63,330 nt of DNA from Rhynchobatus australiae (taxonomy: Eukaryota), in contig JAUZTB010000069.1 of NCBI GenBank assembly GCA_034780895.1, forward strand, positions 1,962,227-2,025,556. The letters are read 5' to 3'. How positions within the stretch are numbered: the first letter of the stretch is position 1; every line of letters starts with the position of its first letter. The position numbers were made by a program, and so were the translations under genes. The notes beneath the pieces are model-generated. The model was not told the origin of the DNA, did not search any database, and worked only from the letters and a program-made list of their open reading frames with translations. Of the stretch, positions 36,321 to 48,683 are shown piece by piece.

Positions 36321-37908
36321 TAAGACTACTTTGATATAGTTCCAAATGTGGAATATTAAATCGGAGTGAGTGTCCTGGTACACATGACTTGTAACCAGTT
36401 GATGCTGGGGAGTCTTTCAGGAATCCCCAAGTAAACTACTCCCTGCACTGGACATAGCCTCATCTTGCAAAGGCAGATGTGTTCTTGTATTTTTTTAGGG
36501 CTGATCTTTGTCTATCATTGACTGTGCTCATTGGAGCTGTGGAGATCTGCTAGGATCCATTGATTCTAGATTCACTTACCTCTTCCAGGGGATAGTTGCT
36601 TTTAAATGCAGGTGATACAGTGCTTGGCAGCTTCAGTAATAGGGCTGGGAATACCTGAATACACTGCACCATCATGTTGAGCTTTTGGTCAATGGTGATG
36701 CCCTTACAAGCCACCTACTCCCTAGAACAAGGCCGGTGGAAGACTTGACTCTGCTGCAGAATTAGGAGGCAAGCTATCAAAATTAGAAATAAGTTTTTTT
36801 GGGAGAGAAATCCAGAAGGACTTTCTCAAACAAAGCATGGTGGAGATTTGGAGCATTATCTCTTAAAATGCTATAGAACACTAGACACTTGAAAATATTA
36901 AGACTGAAACTGAAGGATTTTAATTGAATAAAAGTAACGAGTGATATGCACCAAATGCAGGTAAATGCAATTGAGACTCCGACCAGCCATGAGCTGATGA
37001 AATGATGGATCAGGACTGAGAGGTTGATTCGGTCTACTCCACTCTGTATATATGAGCTGGGATCACATACAGGGCAGGCTCCCTCCCCTGAAGGATATTC
37101 ATCAACCAGGTGATGCTTCTTTAGATAATTAAAGAACTGTCATAGTCTTTCTGCTGCCAGTCCACAAATTAATAGATTTATTGAATTTAGTTTTACAACT
37201 ATTCATCATGGGATTAGAACACAGAGCCTTCAAGGCTGTTAGACCAGTATCATAACCAACAGTGCCCTATGTTATCCTGCACACCACATTAATTTATAGT
37301 CTATTAATAATGTATGACGTGATTACATTCTAGTGAATGGCACAACAATTTATGGAACACATTATGATGGATGGTTTGGAACTCTATAACAGAAATTATG
37401 TGAAGCATCACTGTTCATAGCATGCAAATAAGTTAAATTCAACAGCTGTTGGGTAAAATGGCACTTTCCTGCACATAAGCATGGATGTAAAATTTTTACA
37501 TTACTAAGGATTTTCTCAGGAAATTCTTATTAATCAAGGGCTACAATCAGCTCAAAAGTGCAAAGTTCAGAACACAAGATATTTTTGGAAGTATAGGGCC
37601 ACTTTAATTTATCTGTCCAGAGATATCCCATCATCCATCCATTGTGACATTTAATTGTTTCCAAAACAATTTAAGGTTTCTCTCTCATTTGTCTTTTGTT
37701 TGAGTTTAACTGTAAGAATTTTTCTTATGTGGTTAAATTTAAAACTTGAAAAATCTGTTCGTTACTTTTTGTTCCAGGTCTTCTGGAATCCATTATGCAT
37801 TCAAGACATGCTTTCATTTATACTTCAGTTATATATGCTGTTGTTTACATCCACTTTTTTTTCCTTCAAACTTCATTCTTTTGTCTCATCCCGCTCCATG
37901 TCTCATAG

Positions 37909-38001
37909 CTGCTTCATCAACGACAAGAAGAATCAATGAAAGTAAACGGAGGCCTTCAGGAGCTGTCACAAAGCATTAGCCAGCTTGATGATCACAACTT
38001 G
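37909..38001 (+). CDS. CDK5RAP2: Coding exon LLHQRQ...DDHNL
   Basis: Long pyrimidine tract + CATAG acceptor, TTG|GTAGGA donor; 93 nt, open frame. Confidence 0.65.
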
Positions 38002-38104
38002 GTAGGACTGTTTCTTAAGGATTTCTGGTTTTACTCATTTTGCTTTGGTCTTGGCTACTCCAGTGTGGATGGATACAGATTTGGAATTGGATTTGGGTTT
38101 TCAT

Positions 38105-38740
38105 AGGATCATAGAAAATTTGCACTGAAGGAAGTCAATCATGCCCATGCCTATCAAATAAGAACCACCCAGACTAACCTCAGCTTCCCAGCGCTAAATC
38201 CATCTCCACGTCCTGCTTTAAATGTGAGGAAGGGTTCTGCCTCAGCCACTCTCTTTCAGGCAGTAAATTCCTTTTCCTGGACTCTTCTTTAATACTTCTA
38301 CCAATAACTTTACAATTTATGCCACTTTTATTTTTCTTTCGTTGAAGCAAATAGCTGCTTGCTTTTTACTCAGTTTAGACTCTTCGATTTTATACACTTC
38401 AGTTAAATCTCCCTATGGCTGTCTCTTCCAAAAAAAAATTCAACCCCACCCGATCCAATCTTTCCTCATCGTTTAAAATATTCCTGTTCTAGCAAAATCC
38501 TTCTGTCTCCCCTGCAGCCTCCAGTGGCAATCGCATTTCCTTGTAATGTGACTGGAATAGAATGCAGTTTTAAAGCCGTGGCCCAAATAGTGTTATTGTA
38601 ACGTAACTCTGTGTTCATACTTTGTTTTGCCTTTCTATTAAATAAAGCATCATGTGTACTTTTTAATCACATTATTGACCCTTCCTGCTACCTTTTAAAA
38701 GCTTCTGAACATGTACTCCAAGGCCCCTTTGTTCCTCCAC
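38105..38740 (-). mobile_element. Degenerate CR1-type LINE 3' fragment
   Basis: Inverted tail CATAGGATCATAGAA and decayed RT C-terminal sequence. Confidence 0.5.
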
Positions 38741-39261
38741 ACCACTGTCTCAATTCGCACAAATGTTGTTCCTTGTTACTGTATCAAAAAGAACAATTGA
38801 ACAGCCCAAGCCTTTCAATTTTCTATGTAGCTGCATATCATAATTTTACTTTGTGCTCCTTTTATTGTCTGAAACTAAAGTAGATATTAAAGGGGATGTT
38901 CCTAAGGAAATTGTTTTGTACATGTGAGTTATTTGCTGAAACACAAGTCAGTCAGTAGATTCCCTTTTATTTCCTTCATCAGCAATACCACTTTTCAGGG
39001 AGGAAACTGATCTGGGTTACAGCTGGGTGCCCTGTGCATTTGAACAATGCAGGGATGATTATCTAACTCCATTTCCCCCTACCTCTCACCACCACTTTGA
39101 CAGTGTTTTCTCAAGAGTGATAACCACTGTGAAACTGGCAATATTATACTCCTGCCCTTTTGAACCTGAGATCTGATGCCAACAGTATTATATACTTCAT
39201 TACTTTTACAGCTACTGAACTGCTTCCTCATAGTGTACTTATTTGATTTGGCAAAATGCAG

Positions 39262-39626
39262 GGTACATCCAAAGATGACAAATCTATACAGACTGTCCCT
39301 GAAGTTGAACCAGCAGAGATGGTACCAGCACAGCAAGCTCCTGCTACGACAGAGGAACATTGGAAGCTGGATTCTGCTTTGGTGCCTGGAGTTTCTGCTG
39401 CTGATAGAAATAGTTCAGAGTCTACAAAGTTATTTGATGACTTGAACAAGATGAATTACGAATTGCAAGACAAATGTAGACAGCTGCAAGAAGCCAAGGC
39501 TCAGCTGGAAATAACTGAAAGCCAGTGGCATGAAATGGAGGCAAGAAATCATGAAATGGAGGAAGAAGTTGGCACAATAAGGTGGTTGATGGAGAAGAAT
39601 GGTGTTTCATCAGTGACTGAGCTTGG
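39262..39626 (+). CDS. CDK5RAP2: Coding exon GTSKDD...SSVTEL(G)
   Basis: TGCAG acceptor, GG|GTACGT donor; phase 0/2. Confidence 0.8.
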
Positions 39627-40207
39627 GTACGTGCCATTTAATATTTCTGAGTGAGCTCGTATTTTATTGTGAATCATCTGCACACAGGTTCTTTTAATAA
39701 TAGCTTTTCTTCAAAATGGCACTAATTCAACACTTAGAGGAAGAAAATTGCAGGTTTATGGAGCAAGAGTAGGGGAATGGTATTAACTGGATTGCTTTTT
39801 GAAGGACTGACACTGTCATTGAGCCAAATGGTTGCCTCCTGTGCTATAATTTGATTACAGGCCTAAATTTTCATTCCGTTCCAGTTTGATTTTCTCTCTA
39901 TTCCCTGCCATTTCTTGGCTGAATTTTGAATCCAATTGATTCTTGGCACATTTTCTCTGATTTGACATCTTATTCCCACTACTGCTAGAAATTAAATTTA
40001 AAGCTTTCACTAGGCTGTGTATGTTACTGTGGTATAAAAAGGGTGAAGACATTTTGTTATCTTTATATTTGGGAATCAAAGCATGGAGAGTGAAAAGTAG
40101 CACCTGAAAATTTGGCCGAGGAGAAATATCCAAATATTTAAATAACTTTTGGATTTTACCATGATGGTTTGTCTTCACCTGAAGCTCTATGTCACAATCC
40201 ATCAGAC

Positions 40208-40286
40208 AGGCATCTGACACTGATCAGAAAACACCTTATCCATAATGGATCATACCTTGGCCTGTAATGTGGTATCAGAATTCACA
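40208..40286. repeat. Direct repeat copy 1 (79 nt core)
   Basis: 78/79 identical to 41910-41988. Confidence 0.9.
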
Positions 40287-40669
40287 GCTAATTGAGAGTC
40301 ACCCAAGGGGCAGTTGCTTATATATCTCAATCTATCTTAATGAATTGTTGCCTAGCAAGCTGTTTGGGAATTAAATGAAAAGTCAACCTAAATCCTATCT
40401 CGCCATGCTAATCTGAATCAAGCTTGGTGCATGTAGCCAGTCTCATTGCCGTTGTCAGATGGCCAGGCTTCAGCCTCTAGCACCAATACCTGCATTCACT
40501 TGTTGCCTTTGTCAAGGGAACTGAGTGTACAAGAGGTGAGTACACTTCAGTTCTTGTACCAGCAACAAGAGATTAATTTCTCCCCTTGCATTTATTATTC
40601 TTGGCATCAGTGAGTTGATTAGTTTAGTTTTTTGTAAAAAAAATCTTTTGAGCATTTGATACTGGTCTA

Positions 40670-40935
40670 TAAGAACATAGAACAGTAGAGCACAGAACAG
40701 GCCCTTCAGCCCACAATGTTGTGCTGACATAGCTAATCCTTCCTACCTACAGAATGTCCATATCCCTCCATTTTCCTCTCATTCATGTGCCCATCCAAGC
40801 CCCTCTTAAAAGCCCCCAAAGAAATTGCCTCCACCGCTCTATCAGGCAGCACATTCCAGGCACCCACCACTTTCTGAATAAAAGAATGTACCTGTCACGT
40901 CTATTCTGAACCTACCCCCTCTCACTTTAAATGCA
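40670..40935 (-). mobile_element. CR1-type LINE 3' end
   Basis: AGAACATAGAACAG...CAGGCCCTTCAGCCCAC inverted tail. Confidence 0.75.
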
Positions 40936-41178
40936 TTAAAGGGAAAATAAAGGGAAAAAGATATTGCCGTGCGTAATTTAGAATTTAACTGTGGTTTTAT
41001 TTAACATGACCCATAAATATGCTGCATGTATTTTGTGATTTGATTTCCCAGTATTACATAGAACAACACAGCACAATATAGGCCCTTCAGCCCACCATGT
41101 TGTGCCACCCTCGTTATTTACTTATTGTTTATATACCAACAAGTTAGAAATTAACATCAGGTTTTTTAAAACTTGCAG

Positions 41179-41590
41179 AAATGAAATTGTGAAATTGAGA
41201 GCAGAAATAACACAACTGCGAGATCAACTTGGAGAGAACGTGTCAATAAGTGAGAATGAAGGTGAGGAAGAAGTCGATGATGAGAGCAAAGGTGGTCTAA
41301 GGAAAACTGTTCTGAGGTTAAAAATCAAACTGAAGAAACAGCGAAAGGCACATGATCTTCTGAAGCAGCAGATTGAGCTCAATTCCTCTAGCGAGGGTGC
41401 ACATTTCAACCCTGATTTGATTGTAAGCATGGCAAAGGAAATCGAACACTTGAAGGAGCATCTGGAAACTGCCAATCAAAAGAGAACAAAAGAAATGAAA
41501 ACGGAAGAGGGTAAAGGGCACCAGGAATTGAAATGGCCACAGTCACAACCATCGGAGCTTAGAAATCATAAGGCAAGGAGAACTGAGCAG
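41179..41590 (+). CDS. CDK5RAP2: Coding exon NEIVKLR...FNPDLIVSMAKEIEHLK...RTEQ
   Basis: TTGCAG acceptor, CAG|GTATCT donor; phase 2/0. Confidence 0.85.
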
Positions 41591-41909
41591 GTATCTAATC
41601 GACTTGTTGCATCTGCAATTCTGGTGGGTAGTCCTGTTGCCTTTGCAATTTTTTTCAGATGTAGTTTTCCCTTGTGAGGGTTTTCTGCCATGTGAAAGCA
41701 TCAGACTTTACTCTGAAACCACATCTTGGTACTTTTTCTACTGTCTGACAGGTTGGGTTTTTAATGCACCGGGAAGAAATGACATTTTTTTTTGGAACAA
41801 TTGATAGGTAATATTTTGATGAACTTTGTGCCTTTTTACTAAATATTTAATTAGAGGCTTTTTGGATGGTTTATCTCCACCTAAAATTCTGTGGCACAAT
41901 TCATCAGTG

Positions 41910-41988
41910 AGGCATCTGACACTGATTAGAAAACACCTTATCCATAATGGATCATACCTTGGCCTGTAATGTGGTATCAGAATTCACA
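41910..41988. repeat. Direct repeat copy 2 (79 nt core)
   Basis: 78/79 identical to 40208-40286. Confidence 0.9.
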
Positions 41989-42702
41989 CCCAATAGAGAG
42001 ATAATAAAAGGCAGCCTGTTATCTACCTTGTTCTTTGTTAATGAGTTGTTGCCAAGCAACCTTGGCAGTTTCCTATATTTGCTGAATAATGTTCTTTCAC
42101 TGTATGGAATGCCCATCTGACTGGAGCTTGGAATTCAGCTATATAGGTTTGACCACTTGCTCCTTGAAATGTGATTTTTGAGCATTCTTCAGTGCGGAGT
42201 TGTTATTATTCTGAATCTGTAATAAATCAAACTGAAGCAGTGATTCAATATTGATCTCTATCTTGAGAGGTGCAAATATACAAATTTAAAAGTGTTCCAC
42301 CACGACGCAATTCCCTTTCTCCCCTTTCACCAATCCACAGGAGCTGCTCCCTCTGCAACTCCAATTTACTCTTCCATCTCCACCCACCACTCCTTGTGGC
42401 ACTTTCTTATTCACTACTCAGTTGACATAAGCAGCATTTGTGCCAATTCATCAATCTTAGTCTTTGACCCTTCCCTTCATTCTCTCCATCCTTCCCACTT
42501 CCTCATGNNNNNNNNNNNNNNNNNNNNNNNNNNNNNNNNNNNNNNNNNNNNNNNNNNNNNNNNGGGTCTTTGATCTGTTCCCCGCCCCACTGATGTACTG
42601 ACCACGTGAATTGTTCCAGCATTTTGTCTTTATTATAAGTTCTTAAAATATTGTTTTTCCTTTCGTAATTAAAAAAAACCTTATTGCATTTATTTTATTC
42701 AG

Positions 42703-42928
42703 ATCAGTACAAGGTCTCGTCTCCCTGTCCCACTAAAACAGCCAAGATCGATCAACAATGTTAATACTGCCACCTCTGGCCAAGATTTTCCTTCTGACCA
42801 TCAGCAAGTTGATCAGTTGAGGGCAGCATTGAAGGACGACAAACAATTGCAGAGTAAGCTGTCTGCAGATGAGACAACGCTTGTCAACCAGGCAGAGAAG
42901 TTAAGGCCTAATTGTACTCCTATCCATG
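42703..42928 (+). CDS. CDK5RAP2: Coding exon ISTRSRLPVPLKQPRS... (EB1-binding SxIP-like motif)
   Basis: TTCAG acceptor, G|GTAAGC donor; SRLP at 42715-42726 resembles CDK5RAP2 KSRLPILIKPSRS. Confidence 0.87.
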
Positions 42929-44054
42929 GTAAGCAATTAAGCANNNNNNNNNNTGTTCAACAACATTGTTCAGCATTTCAGAGTGATGGAAAGTTTACAG
43001 GACAGCTTCTTCCCTTTGTTGTTGTACAACAGAACTGTTCATTTAGTCAAATGTTCTATTTTCAATCAGTTTTTCTGTCCTAGCAGTATTTTTGATTATC
43101 CCTTTTATTTCTACAGTGAGGTTTTACAATTACAAACAAGCTAATTTCCAGGCAGCATCTGCCAAAGGTGTGGCACTGGTTTCACTGGATGAGGTGAAGT
43201 AAGTTTTTAAAGAGGGCCACACAATTTTTCAGCTCTGATTCTTGGCAGCTTGGTGCCTCAAACGGGAGCAGAGGGTCAGGTTTCTGCAGACACCAGCAGC
43301 ACTGTTGAAATCACTACAGGCTGCTGGTTTGATTTGGCAGACCTTTTATTTGCAATAGGGAATTCAAATGGGAGATGGATTTATTTTTATTTCAAGCATG
43401 ACTTAAGTTTTCCACTTTTGCTGATGGCACAGGAATGAAATAAAGAACAATTTTTGAAAATCACTGGAGATCGTGGTCAAGAATTGAGGAAGATTTTTAG
43501 GATATCTTGCCAAAGGCTGTCAATGTTATTTTAAAAGTATAATGTACTAATCATTTACTACCCCACACAGACTTTTACCCAGTTTTTGCTGGAACACAAT
43601 TGGTCATGTAAAACAGGTAATCATGCCCCGGGCCAACAGGAAATCTGATTTTAAAATGGGACCTGTTGTTTCCAAAAGTACAGTTATCTTTAGATTTTAA
43701 GTATTTCCTACATTATTGTTTCTGTTAAGATATTGGTGAATTTTGTTTTGTACATTGCTGATAATTTTGAAAATGCAATACTTTTTTCTGAGCAGGATTA
43801 GGTGTGCAAGGGGTGGGTTGCATGTACCTGGTGCCAAGTACTTAGAATGCAGTGCATAAGAAATCTGATCTCTAATACTTTCCGTCAGAGAGGCAACACT
43901 GCCCTCATCGGTCAGCATCACAGGTCTGAAAGTTCTATACATGCGGCTCTTTCTCAGCTGCTGCAGGAAACCTCAGCAGTGGTGATCAGCACCTGGATCA
44001 AGTAGACGATTGGCAGTGGGTTGCTGCAGTGTACAACACCACACTTGCCTCTCA

Positions 44055-45125
44055 CTAAGTGCTACACCTGCCCTACACCATCTCCCTCACCACCATTCAG
44101 GGCCCTAAACAGTCCTTCCAGGTGAGGCAGGTCTTCACTTGTGAATCCATCGGTGTCATTTATTGCTCCCGGTGCAACCTCCTCTACATCGGTGAGACCC
44201 GACACAGATTGGGAGATGGCTTCGTCGAGCACCTTCGCTCCGTCCGCCATACCTGCTGGATCTCCCGCTGGCCAGCCATTTTAATGCCACTGCCCATTCC
44301 CACACCGACATGTCTGTCCACTGTCTCCTCCACTGCCAAGTTGAGGCTAGATGTGGATTAGAGGAACAGCACCTTGTATTCCATCTTAGCAGTCTCCAAC
44401 CTGACAGCATCAACATCGATTTCTCTAACTCCTGGTAACCACTCCCCTATGTCCCGTGCCCCCCCCCCCCCCCCCCCGTGGTTTTCCCTATTCCTCTGGC
44501 CCTCTCACCCCTTCTCTTTTCCCTCACAACCTGCCCATCACCCACACTTTCCTCCATCTGGTTCCCCACCTCCTTCCCTTTATTCCATGGTCCACTGTCC
44601 TCTCCTATCAGATTGCATCTTCTTCAGCCCTTTGTGACTTTCCCCATCGCCTCCCAGCTACTTGCATCATTCCCTCCAACNNNNNNNNNNNNNNNNNNNN
44701 NNNNNNNNNNNNNNNNNNNNNNNNNNNNNNNNNNNNNNNNNNNNNNNNNNNNNNNNNNNNNNNNNNNNNNNNNNNNNNNNNNNNNNNNNNNNNNNNNNNN
44801 NNNNNNNNNNNNNNNNNNNNNNNNNNNNNNNNNNNNNNNNNNNNNNNNNNNNNNNNNNNNNNNNNNNNNNNNNNNNNNNNNNNNNNNNNNNNNNNNNNNN
44901 NNNNNNNNNNNNNNNNNNNNNNNNNNNNNNNNNNNNNNNNNNNNNNNNNNNNNNNNNNNNNNNNNNNNNNNNNNNNNNNNNNNNNNNNNNNNNNNNNNNN
45001 NNNNNNNNNNNNNNNNNNNNNNNNNNNNNNNNNNNNNNNNNNNNNNNNNNNNNNNNNNNNNNNNNNNNNNNNNNNNNNNNNNNNNNNNNNNNNNNNNNNN
45101 NNNTCCAGCATCTGCAGTCTCTTCT
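44055..45125 (+). mobile_element. Penelope-like element 3' fragment with GIY-YIG endonuclease remnant
   Basis: FTCESIGVIYCSRCNLLYIGETRHRLGDGFVEHLRSV; C-rich 3' region; TCCAGCATCTGCAG end shared with the hairpin elements. Confidence 0.8.
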
Positions 45126-45371
45126 GTCACCACACTTGCCTCTGCCTGCCCTCCCTCCAGGTCAAAGATATCTGACTGACCGAGCAGTAGTTTATTTGGA
45201 TGGTGTAATGTGGTGTACTTGTGTACAAGAATGAAAAAGATACTTGTTGCTTTGTTGTTGTTTGTTTTTAAGGCTTGCTTTTGGAATTTTGAACCCACAG
45301 CAAAATGCTCTTGATGTTTCGCTTTCTTCTGCTTTGTTACGACTTTGCTTTTGTCCTTTATTTTTCTGTAG

Positions 45372-45482
45372 CTGAATCATCTTTGAAACGAGATGATAAA
45401 GAGGTCCAAGTGGACTTGCAGGACCTTGGTTATGAAACCTGTGGAAAAAGTGATGCGGACAGGGATGAGAGCAGTAGCCCAG
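45372..45482 (+). CDS. CDK5RAP2: Coding exon (A)ESSLK...VQVDLQDLGYETCGKS...SSP
   Basis: TGTAG acceptor, G|GTAGTT donor; phase 1/1; motif recalled from myomegalin. Confidence 0.85.
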
Positions 45483-46058
45483 GTAGTTGTTATGACCCCA
45501 AGTAATGTCCAGCGAGCATGAGGGAAATGACCCAACCTTTTCTCTAGTAGATCTGCACACTGTTAACTGTCACCACCTTTCACTGCTAAAATGTTGTGCT
45601 TATTAATTGTTTTCAGTTTAAAGTTAGTAATTTGCCAAGTCCCAAATCTGAGAAACTAACGAGCACCTGATCATCCAAGAGGTTGAACTCGTGACTTACC
45701 TCTGAGTTGCAAGTTCTCATGTTGACCTGGTTGCTGCTGCCAGTAAGAGAAGTTAGTAAACTGTCAGGTGCACCTCACAGGTACAACAATCCGTAATCGC
45801 GCTACAAATTATCCAGCCAGAAAATAATAAATAAGCATAGCAAACTGTCTGTCTGCCTGTCTGTTTTAATTCATTGCATGTTTTGTTGATTTTGTTTGTG
45901 CTTTTACTTTATAGTCTTGTTTCAGTTTGGGGTGTTTTGGTAGCTTTTGCATGAATAAGGAAAGGGTAACATTTGATTCCTGTTTCTAAATCCAAGAATA
46001 AAACTGAAGTGATGTAATTATTAAATGTTTCTTTTACTATTGGAATATTTTACTGCAG

Positions 46059-46755
46059 ACACAGGCAACCACTTACCAGGCCATTGCTACAGTGATTCAG
46101 CCGTTCCCGCCCTGCTTAAGCTAAATCGCCGTTTTTTCTCCATGGAAAATCTGGACACAAATTCATCAACTTCATACCCAAGTTCACCAAGTTTGATTTC
46201 ACCCAAAGTCAGCTTGAAGAATCTTGATGTTTTCGATGATTATGGACAGACTGATGATGTAAGTGAACTCAAACTTCAGATTGGTGAACTAAAGGAGCAA
46301 ATTGAGAAGTATCGGAAAGTCATTCACCACCTGCAGACATGTGTACGCAAAAATTCTCTGTCCAGTGACCAGCTGACTATTTCGGACCAAAGTCACCAGG
46401 CTCCAACTAGAGGTTCATATGACAGACACTCTCTGGAAAGTTTTCAAAAAGATAATGATAGCAATTACAGCCAGAGGAGACATTCTATACAATCTTCGGA
46501 TCTAGCTGTTCAAACCAGCCAGCAGGTTGGCAATCTTTCCAATTATGCATCAAGGTCACAGAGTGAGGATTTTGGAAGCCAGAATGAGAAAGGGGACTGG
46601 TTGATGTCTGTTTATTGCCAGGATGGACAACTGGTACAAAAGTTAAAGGAACAAATGGAACAACTGGAAGATCAGATACAGAAAGAGAGAGCACGGAATG
46701 AGGAGCTTACTGATCAGCTTCAAAGCAAACTGGCGCCAGCGTTACCAGCTCAAAA
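46059..46755 (+). CDS. CDK5RAP2: Large coding exon (D)TGNH...ALPAQ(K)
   Basis: TGCAG acceptor, AA|GTAAAG donor; 697 nt open, phase 1/2. Confidence 0.87.
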
Positions 46756-47397
46756 GTAAAGTCTTTTATTGCACTGAGAAAAGTTGTGATTGTAATCTCC
46801 TTAAAGGTCTGTACAGTTAACGTGTTGTATGGCAGTTATAGATTCATAGTCATACAGCACAGAAATAGTCCCTTCAGCCTACTGTGTCTGTACTGACCAT
46901 TCACCACCCTTTACACTAATCGCACTTTATTCTCCCACACTCCTATTAAACTTCCTCCACCCTTCTTCCCCTGCCTCCCCACCCACCCCCCCCCAAGATT
47001 GCAAACACCCTCCTGCACACTAGGAGCAATTTACAGCATCCAATTAACCTACCAAGTTAGGGACAGGGAGCAGTAAACTTAAATCATACCATAACAAGTT
47101 GTGAAATTTGTGCACTGGGATCAAGTGACCACAAAAGCTTTAAACAGAAGCTCCAACAAATTCGCTAGTTGCCACATCCACCTGGTGTGGCCTAGCTAAT
47201 GGCTGCAGTTCCACATTGCATGGTTAATTCTTTGATGCCCTGTCAAGTAGTCCGGCAGATCTGTTGTAGTAAAAAAACAATTGCTTTTGGTAGTGCATCC
47301 AATGGTTGGTAATAATGGAGGCCTGGCCAGTGTTACTCAGCTCCAGGTCAGCTTCACAACATGCACCTTGTGTCAACTCAGAAATTCTCTTGGAAAT

Positions 47398-47870
47398 GTA
47401 GATTTACAAGGATTTTGCCGGGACTCGAGGGCCTGAGTTATAGGGAAAGGTTGGGCAGGCTGGGACTTTACTCCTTGGAGCATAGGAGACTGAGGGGTGA
47501 TCATATAGAGGTGTATAAAATCATGAGGGGCATAGACAGGGTTAGTGTGCACAGTCTTTTTCCCAGGGAAGGGGGACCATAAACTAGAGGGCACAGGTTT
47601 AATGTGAGAGGGGAGAGATTTAAAAGGGACCTGAGGGGCTGCTACTTCATGCAGAGGGTGGTGGGTATTTGAAACAAGCTGTCAGAGAAAGCAGTTGAGG
47701 CAAGTACAATAACAACATTTAAGACATTTGGATAAGAACTTGGATAGGAACGGTTGAGAGGGATATGGGCCAAATGCAGGCAAATGGAGCTAGTTTGGTG
47801 GGCACCATGGTCGGCGTGGAAGAGATGGTCCAAAGGGCCTGTTCCCATGCTGTATAACTCTATGTTGAGA
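47398..47870 (+). mobile_element. CR1-type LINE 3' fragment
   Basis: RFTRILPGLEGLSYRERLGRLGLYSLEHRRLRGD. Confidence 0.85.
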
Positions 47871-48450
47871 TGACCATTTAGCATTCAACTTTTGTCTGTT
47901 TTATATACAATAGTGGTTTGTACAGGTGAGTGTATTAGCCTAATTTCCCCTTTTTCCAACTTAGTGAAGCAGAACTTTTATGTAGTTTTGTGATCAAATG
48001 TAATGTTTGGTCCATTGTTCATCCAGTTTCATCATAGCATTGAGAGAGGGCACACAATCAAAAATGTAGAGCCTACATTCAACTTAAAGACTGATATCTT
48101 TAAAACAATCTGCACAGTAAAAGACAAACCCACGATGGTACAGCAGCTCAAGCAGCAACACCCACTTCATGAAGGTCTCATTTTTAAATTCCACATTTCC
48201 AAACTTCATTCATTCAGTCATTAGATTCTGACTNNNNNNNNNNNNNNNNNNNNNNNNNNNNNNNNNNNNNNNNNNNNNNNNNNNNNNNNNNNNNNNNNNN
48301 NNNNNNNNNNNNNNNNNNNNNNNNNNNNNNNNNGCAAGAAAATTCTTAGTTTGTTTTATAAAATGATTGCATGTTTTTATATTATCAAACCTACACCTCT
48401 ACATTGTGTATTTAGTTGTGGGATAATGACACACTTCTGCTTTTACTAAG

Positions 48451-48683
48451 GTACGACTCATTGGTACAGTCGCAAGCAAGGGAGCTCTCTCACCTCCGAC
48501 AGCAAATTAAAGAAAACCGCAACATCTTCTCCTTGCATCGCCAGTCCCTTGTAGACCTAACCAAGGCCTTTGAGGAGCTGTTGCAGGCCAGCGATGTTGA
48601 CTATTACGTCGGGGAAGCCTTTCGTGATCAACTAAACCAGAGTTTACAATTGGTGGAAAACCTAGAGAGCAAGTTTGATGGTG
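48451..48683 (+). CDS. CDK5RAP2: Coding exon YDSLVQSQARELS...KAFEELLQASDVDY...FDG
   Basis: TAAG acceptor, G|GTAAGC donor; strongly CDK5RAP2-like. Confidence 0.92.

Noticed and set aside
44459-44477. Poly-C run
   Set aside because: Low-complexity tract in the 3' region of the Penelope remnant
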